DNA of 64,000 nucleotides from Macrostomum lignano (Eukaryota): assembly GCA_002269645.1 (NCBI GenBank), contig NIVC01000014.1:1-64000 (forward strand). Direction: 5' to 3'. A program made the position numbers and the translations under genes. This document shows positions 23,657-35,600 of the stretch, in pieces. The notes under the pieces were generated by a model. It searched no databases, was not told the origin of the DNA, and saw only the letters and a program-made list of their open reading frames with translations. Within the stretch, counting starts at the first letter, position 1; the number at the start of each line of letters is the position of its first letter.

Positions 23657-26600
23657 CTATGTAGGTCGGTTCAGCGCTAACCAGGACTGAAATGAAAAAC
23701 AAAAAAAACAACATTTTATTCAATTCATTAAAACTTTGTTTTAATTAAAAGCATGGTTGTATGCTTAGTTATTAGTGCAAATAATACTGCTGATTATATA
23801 TATAATTAGAACAGGTGCCACCAGTTCAACATCTATCGCTTTCTTAAATATACTCATAAATAATTAATTAGTACAGATTTATACCAGCTTAAGTCGAAGT
23901 TTGCAGAATTTATTTTCAAGCCTTTATTTCTGAATGATAGATAAAGGCAAAACATTTTTATATATTATATATACCGTAATTTTATTATGTATTAGCATTG
24001 CAAAATCAATAAATTCATAAGTTGGACTTACATTGGCTTTCTTCGACTCGTAGTCAAGCACCTGTTGAATTTGGGGCTCGCTAAATTTCAGCACAGTGCA
24101 AATCACCTTGGCCAGGGTCTGAAGTTTGGGTTTTGTTAGTTTGAGAACTATAATTATTGTCAGATACTTCTGACATTTGGATGCTACTGACCTGACAGGC
24201 AGACACTACTCCTGACAGTCAGATAATACTCCTGACAGTCATAATACTCCTGACAGTCAGACACTACTCCTGACAGTCAGATAATACTCCTGACAGTCAT
24301 AATACTCCTGACAGTCAGATAATACTCCTGACAGTCAGATAATACTCCTGACAGTCAGACACTACTCCTGACAGTCAGATAATACTCCTGACAGGCAGAC
24401 ACTACTCCTGACAGTCAGACACTACTCTTGATAGGCTGAAACTGCTCCTGACAGTCAGACACTACTCTTGATAGGCTGAAACTGCTCCTGACAGTCAGAC
24501 CCTACTCCTGACAGGCAGACACTGCTGACAGGCAGACACTCCAGGCTGTCAGACAACCAGAGCTCAATGCCAGAATTAAACAAACAATAACTTACCTGGG
24601 TCTTCTCTCCAAGCATATACTTGAACAGCACATTTCTCAGGTATTCAATCTCGGGAATTTCGATAAACGAAGCGAACTGATACTGCATCGACTCGGACGG
24701 GCCAGGCGACGGCAGTTGAGCAATCTGCGACGCCGACGGTCGCTCAGGCGACGATCTCAGCTTTAGACTTGACAGCTCGGCGCTGACGCTGCTCAATTGA
24801 GTCTAGATTAAACAGTAAGTTGGGGTTGAGAGTTGAGACAAGTGCGCAGGCATCAACCGATGAGAAACGGTACCGTGTCGTTACAGGTAACGCAGGTAAA
24901 ATAGGAAAGAAGTGACTCTGGACAGCCCAAAAACGATAAGATAGTCGTCAAAGAATCCATTTGAGTCATTTTATTGCCTGCGACTCTGGGGCCGTAACTG
25001 AGTTGCCTCTAAAGGGCATCTTTAACAACTCTATTAAGTCTACATGTACTTGTCAGTAGAGTAGAAAAGTTAAGCGCGTCATGCGCTCGTGACTCAACAG
25101 TCGCCTCTTAGGTCACAATTACGGACGTTTAAGTCGTTAAAAAGTCACAATAATCGCTCCATGATAGTCACCTTGTGAGTTGTTTGCAATGACTCTTTAG
25201 CGATTCTTGTCACTATTATTGTATTATTAGCAGAACTGAAACCTCTAAAAACACCGTTCTATACTACTTACCTCCAGATCAGTAGTGTGCATCCGAAGAG
25301 CTTCGTAGTCCTCCAGACTAACCGTGTCCCCAGTCGGTTGCGTATTTCTAAAGCGGGAAAATCCTTTGTTAAAATCACTACGTTCAATCAAATACTGAAC
25401 TTATTCATCAATTAAAGTACTAAGAGAACTCACAAAGCCGAAGATTTGACAGCCTCGATTCGGTCGGTCAGCTGTTCAGCCCATTCGAACCCGTCAGATG
25501 GTCGACCTTCCAGCTGACCGCTGCCCTCCGCTGAGGCTGAGGCCGACTTCTGCCTGTTCACCTCCGACTGGATGACCTCCTGAATTTTTATTTAAGGTAG
25601 CTAAATTTAGCTCAGATTTTACTATTTAGGCTACTGAACAGTCACCAATAGAAGTAGAAAGTGAAACATTTTACCAGATAAATTTTCAATTAGAACAAAA
25701 CCAACAAGCCAAAAACTGAAGAGAGCAGCCAAGCCCAACGGCACCAATGAGCATTTTGAGATTTCTAACTGAATAGTCTTATATTTTACTTTAACTAAAA
25801 TTACCTGAACTTTGCAAGCCATAGTGAACATTGACGGTGGAAACTGCTAAGGGAAACGTTTATTTATTTTAAATAGCAAGTATATACTAAACATATATAC
25901 TTTAAATAGATTCTTTAAAATAAAATTTTAAATATCAAACAGCTTTCAAAGCAATAAAATACTTTCTGGTTCTGTATTTAACAATAGTCTCTAATTTACC
26001 CAATAGTCCACTCAGTCTAACCAATAGCAGTCTACTCAATCTTCCCAACAGCCTACTCAATCCGTTTAACCAATCTACGACTACACAATAGTCTACTCAA
26101 TCTATCAAATAGCCTACTTAATCTAGTTAATAGTCTACTTAATCTAGCCAGCAGTCTACTCAATCTATCCCATAGTCTACTCAATCTACTCAGTAGTATA
26201 ACTCAATCTACTCAATAGTCTACTCAATCTATCAAATAGCCTACTTAATCTAGCCAGCAGTCTACTCAATCTATCCCATAGTCTACTCAATCTACTCAGT
26301 AGTATAACTCAATCTACTCAATAGTCTACTCAATCTATCAAATAGCCTACTTAATCTAGCCAGCAGTCTACTCAATCTACCCCATAGTCTACTCAATCTA
26401 CTCAGTAGTATAACCCAATCTACTCAATAGTCTACTCAATCTACCCCATAGTCTACTCAATCTACTCAATAGTCTACTCAATCTACCCCATAGTCTACTC
26501 AATCTACTCAATAGTCTACTCAATCTACTCAATAGTCTACTGAATCTACTTAATAGTCGACTCAATCTACTCAATAGTCGACTCAATCTACTCAATAGTC

Positions 26601-29600
26601 TACTGAATCTACTTAATAGTCTACTTAATCTAGCCAGTAGTCTACTCAATCTACCCAATAGCCTACTCAATCTACTCAATAGTTTACTCAATCTAGTCAA
26701 TCTACGCAATAGTCTACTCAATATCTACAAAACAATTTACTCAATAGCCTGCATAATCAGCTCAGTAGTATACCCAGTCTACCTAAAAATCTACTTGACA
26801 TACCTAAAAACCGACCTAAAAAGCCTAACAGACTACTAAGCAGTAGCATCATCCTTAAACGAATAATAATAACAAACTATTGATAAAACGCACCACATGA
26901 AGCCCGTCGGACTTCTTAGCCTCCTCAAGTTCCGCCTCCCTAGCCTTGGCCTCCGACAGTTCAGCTTGCAAGGCCTCGCATCGACGTTGCAACTCGTCCA
27001 GCTGGTGTCTGAGTTCAGTGGCCTCAGCGGCACCGTCTACAACCAGACGATCGCGTTCAATGGACGCCGAGTCGACATCTTCGCGAAGTTGATCAACCTC
27101 AGACTGGCTGGTTTGCAACTGAGACTCCAGGCTTGCTAGTCGACGTTGGAAAGACTGCGCGATGGGTACAAATTTTCCATGTAACATGCTTCTAAACTAC
27201 TGACTCAAAATAGTAGCATAGTTGCTCATGAATTTTAGTTAATCTGCCTTTCATATCTTTTGTAGTGTTCTACAGAAAATACTACGAGTAATTTATGGCT
27301 TGATTGCTTTTTCACAGGTGCAATACATACTACTTAATTTCACTTGCTACTGAACAGACCAGTGTCATTTTGAGGCCGTAGCCTAGTGGTCGGGCGCGGC
27401 GCTCTGAAGTGCCAGGGGCCCAGGCTCGATTCCCAGTGCAGTCACATCAATTTTTGGAGCTAAATTGGAATCTCAGCTTGGCTCTGCTCGTGCAATTACC
27501 AGCCTTTGAGGGCCAACCCCCAAGGCACAGTGAAGTGTACATGCCTAACGATAAATACAGTTAGGACCGCTGTACGCTCTTGTGAGTGTGTGCCTGTGCA
27601 TATGACTGCGTACATATCCGCGCGTTTGTGTGCCTGCTCAGGGGAGTCAGCGGAATAGGCAGGCAGTAATGCCTCTCGCCGGTTGTGTGACAATGTCGCT
27701 TTACACAGCCCCCTGCCTCCAATAAAAACCCCAAAGGCAAAGAATGTGTGCACTGGTTGACGATGACAAAGTGAGGGCCGCTGTACACGCTGTGTAAGCG
27801 TGTGCATTTTCAGGGTTCAGCGGAATTTACCATTACTTCGCTCGTAAGATTCTAGTCAGATTGAAGCTCTTAACCTTGACCAGTAATCTTGTCATAGCCA
27901 AGCAGATTTACAATCATTTTGTAGATTAGATCATACCCACCTGAGCCTCGGCTTCCCGTTCGGTCTTCATCTCTGCCAGTTGTTGCTTCATCGCTGCAGC
28001 AGCTTCAGCCGCCAAATCAAGGAAATTCATCGCCGCAGTCTCGCCCTCGTTATCCTCGCCCGAGTCTGAAGATTTCACATCCAACGCTTCGACCAGATTG
28101 TCAATCTTTTTCAATATCCGCATCAAAGTTGATCGGCCAGCATCTGCGGAGGCAGCTTCCGTAGCGGCCAGCTTCTCTCGAGCTTCATCAGCCGCCTCCA
28201 AATTGGCCCGATTCTCAGCCGTCAATTCGACAATCTGAGCTCGAAGTTCGGCCTCAATAGCTTCTTGACCACTGGCTAATTGATCCATCCGCAGAGCCTG
28301 CTCCTGCTCAAGCAATTCACATTTCGCTCGCCAATTATTCGCCTCGGCTGTCACGGAAACCAAATCCGATCGCAATTTAGACAGTTCGGCGTCTTTCGAC
28401 TCTTCGCCAGCTTCAACTTCTAGCAATCGTTGCAGCTGCTCTTGACACTTAGCCAGCCAGTTCTCAGCTTCTGCTGATTTGGCTAAACAATCGGAACGGG
28501 CTTGAGTAGCCTCAGCCTCAGATGCTTCCAGTCGGCTGCTCAGCTCCTTTAACTCATTCTCCTGTTCATTGCAGCGAGCCTTCAAAGTATCCACCTCGGC
28601 CGCTTTGGTGTCACAGTCAGCTCGCAGCTCGGCTAAGACTGCCTCGCTTGCCTCCTGACTGCTGCCAAACTGCTCCAGCTGGCGTCTGTGCTCTTCGCTG
28701 CTGGACCGGAGTTCGTCAAGCTCCAAACACTTGGCTTCAAGATCAGATCGCGATTGGCCTAATTCAATTTCTTTGGCTTCTAGTTGGCTTCCCAGTTGAG
28801 CTAATTGATGCTCAAGCTCCTGACACTTAGCCAACCAATTTTCAGCTTCGGATGCTTTGGCTGCGCAATCTGACCTCAGCTGGGAGAGTTCGGTCTCTCT
28901 GGCTGCTAAATCGCTGCAAAGCTGCTCCAAATGTTGCTGATGCTCTTGACGAGCTGCTTTCAAGTCGTCTGTCTCGGCAGATTTTGCTGAATATTCGGAT
29001 TTCAATTGTGTTAGCTGGTCTACATGGGCCTGCATGGCTGTCTCTAGCTCTGATTGCGCTTCCTGACACTTGGATCGCCAGTGCTCTACATCTGAAGCTG
29101 CTGCCTCGATGTCCGATCTCAGCTGCGAGATTTGAACTTCGTGAGAATGCACCGTGGCGTCAAGTTGATTTTGAGTTTCTTGGAATTTAGCTCTCCAGTC
29201 ATCCGCTTCGGTAGATTTCGCTTCAAGCTCCAATCTTAATTGAGACAGTTGCGCTTCACTTGACTCATAATGTTCGCTGGTTTCTTGGTATTTTAACTTC
29301 CAGTCGTCAATTTCAGCATTTTTCGCTTCCAGCTCGGACCGGACATGGGTCAGCTGAGCATCGGCCGTCTGCTGGCCCCCGTCCAGCTCGACTTGCAGCT
29401 CTTGACACCGGCTCTTCAGGCTATCAACTTCGGACACCTTTGCATCGAATTCAGCTTTGAACTGAGACACTTGAGCTTCGTGCGATTCAAGGCATTTATT
29501 GAATTCAGATTGAATCTCTTGGCATTTCGTTGTCAATTCTTCTACCTGAGAATTTTTCGCTTCAACCTCGGAACGCAATTCAGCAAATTTTGTATCCATA

Positions 29601-32600
29601 GCAGTTGTCTTTTCATCAAAGTCAGTTTGTAGATTTGCTAGCTGTGATTCTGAGGCTTGCAACTTAGCTTCCAACTCGTTTTGTGCCTCCTGATTTTTGA
29701 TCTTGCACTCTTCAAGTTGAGCTACCTTCGATTGGGACTCGTTTAATTCAGAGGTCAGCTTTTTGTGCGCTTGAATCGTTGCTTTTAATTTTGCTTGAAA
29801 CTCGCGACACTTGTTTTTCCAGTCTTCAACTTTAGTTGTCTTGTCTTCAACCTCTGATCTGAGTTGAGTTAGTTCCGCATCTGCTCCATGGAATTTTGTA
29901 CGCCAGCTTTCTACCTCAGTTTGAAGCTCCGAGCACTTTGCTTCGAAGTTCTCAGCTGTTGTCGTTTTAGCTTCGAGCTCCGATCTCAATTCATTTAGCT
30001 GAACGTCGGCTCCTTGAAGGCTTCTCTCTAACTGCGATTGAGCCTCATGAAACTTGGACTCCCAGCTTTTCGCTTCGCCAGTTTTTGTCTCTAACTCGTT
30101 TCTTATCTGAGTCAATTGCTCCATGTGAGTTTGGTTGACGCTGTCCAATTCAGACTGGGCAATCTGGCATTTGGCTGTCAGATCTTCAACCTCGGTGCTT
30201 TTGGATTCAACCAATGACTTTAGTTGCGACAACTGTGACTGCAATTCTTCGGACTCATCGGTTTTTGCTTTGAGTTCCGAGTTTAAATTAGTCACTTGGT
30301 CGTTCAAATCTGAGCACTTGGACTTCCATTCTTCAGCCTCTGTATTCTTAGCCTCAAATTCTGACCGTAAGGAAGACAGCTGAGACTCGCCGGATTGTAC
30401 AATTTGCTCAATACCCTGATACTTTGACTTCCATTCTTCCAGTTCGGCCGTCTTTGTTTCAACTGATTCTCTGAGGTGAGTGAGTTGAGCATCAGCTCCC
30501 TGCAAACTACTGTTTAGCTCAGCTTGCAACTCCTGACACTTGCTCTTCCATTCTTCCAATTCTGATTTCAACTGACCGGATTCAGATTCGTTAGTCTGGA
30601 TTGAGTTCTCCATCTCCTGACACTTGGTCTTCCATTCCTCCAATTCTGATTTCAACTGACCGGATTCAGATTCGTTAGTCTGGATTGAGTTCTCCATCTC
30701 CTGACACTTGGTCTTCCATTCTTCCAATTCTGATTTCAACTGACCGGATTCAGATTCGTTAGTCTGGATTGAGTTCTCCATCTCCTGACACTTGGTCTTC
30801 CATTCTTCCAATTCTGATTTCAACTGACCGGATTCAGATTCGTGAGTCTGGATCGAGTTCTCCATCTCCTGACACTTGGTCTTCCATTCTTCCAATTCTG
30901 ATTTCAACTGACCGGATTCAGATTCGTGAGTCTGGATCGAGTTCTCCATCTCCTGACACTTGGTCTTCCATTCTTCCAATTCTGATTTCAACTGACCGGA
31001 TTCAGATTCGTTAGTCTGGATCGAGTTCTCCATCTCCTGACACTTTTTCTTCCATTCTTCCAATTCTGATTTCAACTGACCGGATTCAGATTCGTGAGTC
31101 TGGATCGAGTTCTCCATCTCCTGACACTTGGTCTTCCATTTCTCCAATTCTGATTTCAACTGACCGGATTCAGATTCGTGAGTCTGGATCGAGTTCTCCA
31201 TCTCCTGACACTTGGTCTTCCATTCCTCCAATTCTGATTTCAACTGACCGGATTCAGATTCGTGAGTCTGGATCGAGTTCTCCATCTCCTGACACTTGGT
31301 CTTCCATTCTTCAGCCTCGGCAGACTTAGTCTCCATTTCAAGTCTTAATTTGCCAAACGTAGCCTCTAAATCGGCTGCCCGACTTTCACCGGCCTCGCGC
31401 ACCCCGGCCAGGTGCTCATTTTGGCGCGCCATCTCGGCGCGCAATTCCGCCGAATCGGCGGCGGCAGCTTCGGCTGCAGCGTTGGCGCGGGCTGCGTCGG
31501 CCTCCAAAGCGTCGCGTTCGGCAACGGCGCGCAGCCTGGCGGCTTCGGCATCGGCGAGAGCCGACTCGAACTGAGCAGCTCGGGACTCAGACTCGTTGAG
31601 ATCGGCTTCTCTTTGACGCAGCTCCGACTCGACGTTGGACAGATTGGCTCGCAATTGTCGCGCTGATTCGCTCAGTTCGCGTTCACGCGCTTCCGCAGCT
31701 TCGGCCTCCTGGGAGCGCAAAGATTCTGCGGCTTCAACTTGCGATTGCGCTTCCTGCCGGGCGCGCTGCAGCTCGTGCGTTCTGGACGAGTGGCGAGTTG
31801 GGGAACTTTGGGATCTTGATGCTGGATTATCGATAATGGGGATTATTTAACTTTGGGATCTTGATACTGGATTATCGATAATGGGGATTATTTAACTTTG
31901 GGATCTTGATACTGGATTATCGATAATGGGGATTATTTAACTTTGGGATCTTGATACTGGATTATCGATAATGGGGATTATTTAACTTTGGGATCTTGAT
32001 GCTGGATTATCGATAATGGGGATTATTTAACTTTGGGATCTTGATGCTGGATTATCGATAATGGGGATTATTTAACCATGGGATCTTGATGCCGGATTAT
32101 CGATAATGGGATATTCTAACTTGTCGAACAAATAAACGGCATGCTAAATGTTCACCTAAGAAAATGCTATGTACAAACCTAGTATCCAACTCCTCCCTCA
32201 GACTATCCATCTGCTTTCTTGCACTTTGCTCATTATCCTCCGAGCTGCCAATTAAATGACCAATCCTAGCTTTCAACTCGGTAGCCTCTTGCTGACCGGC
32301 GGCGATTCTCAATTCGGCAGCTTTGGCTTCCTCGGTTAAAGCGGCGACACGATCCTGCTGCTCCTCTAATCTGTGCTGAGTCCAAGTCAGCTGAGACTGG
32401 ACACTGTTTAACTCTTCCGACAGTCGGTCTCGATCTGACGTAGCTGAAGACAGTCGATTTGCAGTCTCCGATAATCGATCAGTTAGCGAAGCAACTTCCG
32501 ATTGTAAGTCGGTCACTCTACGGTTCGCCTGCTCTGCTTCTTCTGCTCGCTTGTCGGCCTGTTTTGAAAAAAAGTGCCGATATGTATCGAACTTTTTTTA

Positions 32601-35600
32601 ATTATATATTTTTTGTAAAAAAATACTATACTTGACCCAAACCTACTACTACTGTTTATCTCAAAATTTAATTCCAGCCCCAAATCAAGGCCTAAATGCG
32701 TATCCTAAATGTGTCCGATATGTATCGATAATAACTATATTTGTCTTGATGTCTTCCAGATAGACAAAAATAAAATCATCCCGCTTTGTTTACTGTAATT
32801 AATATAAAATATGAAAGCTACATCGTTAAATTTGTAGATTTTACTATAATTGAAGTCTTCTTAAAGCTAAATTTAAGAGCTTTATTTCGAAATACTACTT
32901 TTTTTAACAAAGTAAATAGTAGCAAAAAAGGATATTATAACCGAAATTTGTTGAAACTCATTAGAAAAAAACACCTATAGCATACCTCATCCTCGGCGGT
33001 TCGTCGCGCCGTCTCGGCCGTCTCAGCGGCAGTTCTGGAGCCGTCCAACTCGCGGCAAACCAGATTATAATCGTCGCGCAATCGTTCCAATTGATACTCT
33101 AATTCGGTACGCCGGCGCTCGCTATCGGCTAGCTGTTCAGTGACGCGCTGTTTGATGCCCCGTTCCTCGGACAGTTTCTCAGTTAGCTTGGCGCAGGCTT
33201 TGCTTAATCGGTCGCTTTCAGTAGCGGATTCGTCAAGCATTCGTTGGAGAGATTCTCTGGCTGTGGCCAATTCAATGGCGCTCTGTTCCAACTGTTTAGT
33301 GCGAGTGCACTCTTGCTCGAGACGTTCGTTTGCAGCGGCCAGCTGGTCCTGATGCTGGGCGCGCAGACTCTCCATTAGGTGGCCTTGTTCGTCGGCGCTA
33401 GCAGCGTAGTTTCGAACCTTGACGGCGATATGTATCGAAATAGTAATAATTAAGGCATCAATTCTTTCCCTACCTAAATACGTGAAATTAACAAGCCGAT
33501 ATGTATCGATAACAATAGTAAATAGCTTGTCCATAATGGTGCCGATTTGTACCCTAAAACCTAACAATCATTTGCTGATCAGCCAGCCGATATGTATCGA
33601 AATATATACAATCGATTTTCATCCATTGTCAACCGATATGTATCGTAATAAATTTAATAAAGTAAACTACGTATTGATAAAATTGAAACTTCTAGTAATA
33701 GTGCCGATATGTATCGTAGTAAATATAACAAAGCAATGTTTACAACCTATTCAACTCACCTGCGTTTCCAATCCCGAAGACAAATCCTTCAAGTAGTCAA
33801 TCTGCTCCTCTTTCTCAGCCAATGCGGATTGGAATCGCCATTTCTCTGATTCGAATTGACTGGCAAAACCTTTCTCTAATTCGGCTGTTAGCTCTGCTTT
33901 TTCCGCTTCAGCCTGCTCCGTTAGGCTGTCGCGCAGTCTGGCTTGCTCCTGTGCGAATTCCGCCCGGAGCTCCGACAGCACGGAGGCCTGCTGTTCGGCT
34001 GACTGAGCGAGACGGGACTCCAGCTCCGCTACCGCCTGGGGATGGAGAAGGGGATTATTATATTATAAGCAATAACAGCATATCTGTTATATAAGGAATT
34101 CAGAAACCCTAAAAACGAATTACGTTTTTCATAACGTATCCAAAATCTACTTCTCCACTCACCTCGCAAACTACTTCTTTCCTCACTCTACTTCTATCGC
34201 TACTTTTGTCTCCATACTCTACTTCTGGCCCATTATACGAGCGTATACTTCTCTCCCCACTCTATTTTCCAACTCTACATCACCCCCACTCTACTTCTCC
34301 CCCTACTCTACTTCTCTCCCCCACTCTACTTCTCTCCCCCACTCTACTTCTCTCCCCACTCTACTTCTCTTCTACTCTAATTCTCTCCCCCACTCTACTT
34401 CTCTCCCCCACTCTACTTCTCTCCCCACTCTACTTCTCTTCTACTCTAATTCTCTCCCCCCACTCTACTTTTCTCCCCACTCTACTTCTCTCCCCCACTC
34501 TACTTCTCTCCCCACTCTACTTCCGTTCTACTCTACTTCTCTCTCCACTCTACTTCTCTCCCCACTCTACTTCTCTTCTACTCTAATTCTCTCCCCCACT
34601 CTACTTCTCTCCCCACTCTACTTCTCTCTCCACTCTACTTCTCTCCCCACTCTACTTCTCTTCTACTCTAATTATTTCCTCACTCTACTTCTCTTCCTAC
34701 TCTACTTCTCATCTACTCTAATTCTCTCCCCCTCTAATTCTCTCCTCACTCTACTTCTCTCCTAATCTAATTCTCTCCCTACTCTACTGCTCTTTGCTAC
34801 TCTACTGCTTTCTCTTCCCCTACTCTACTTTATTTCCTAATCTACCTCTCTTACACATTATCTATCTCTCCCACTTCACTTCTTTCTCTCGCACCACTCG
34901 TATTGAATCCTCAGCGCACAACAATACCCTTCTCACCTGAGATTTCTCTTTCTCCATCTGAGCCTCAGTAGCGGCTCGCCTATCAGCCAGCTCCGCTGCC
35001 AACTGTTCGCTCTTGACCCGCTCCGACTCCAGCGCGTTTCTGTACTGTTTCTCGGCCGACTCCAAGGCCGCCACGCGAGCCTGCAGCTCCTCCCGGCGCT
35101 TCTCGCCCTCAAAAGCAGCCGCATTCTTAGCCATATCCCGCTCCTCAATAGCTAATTGAAATTCATCCTCTTTGCCGGCTATATGCATTTGCAATTGGCG
35201 CAACTGGTCGCTCAGCTCGCGACAGTCGGCCGAACTCGATTCAGCTTTGCCCAGGGCGGTTTGCAATTGCTGCCGTAGGCTGTCAATCAGTTCCTCTTTC
35301 TCTTGAAGTGAAGCGTGCAGAGTTGCTTTGGACTCGGCTAGCTGACGGGTTGCCTCGTCCGTGGCCTGTTTCGCTTTCTGACGGGTCTCTGCTAGTCTGG
35401 CTGTCAGCTTCTCCTGACAATGGGAGGCGGAAATAGACCAATTTGGATCCAATGTAGATTGGGATTTTACCTGGCTTAGATCTAGATTGGGGATTTTAAC
35501 TGGCCTAGATCTAGATTGGGATTTTACCTGGCCTAGATCTAGATTGGGATTTTACCTGGCTTAGATCTAGATTGGGGATTTTAACTGGCCTAGATCTAGA

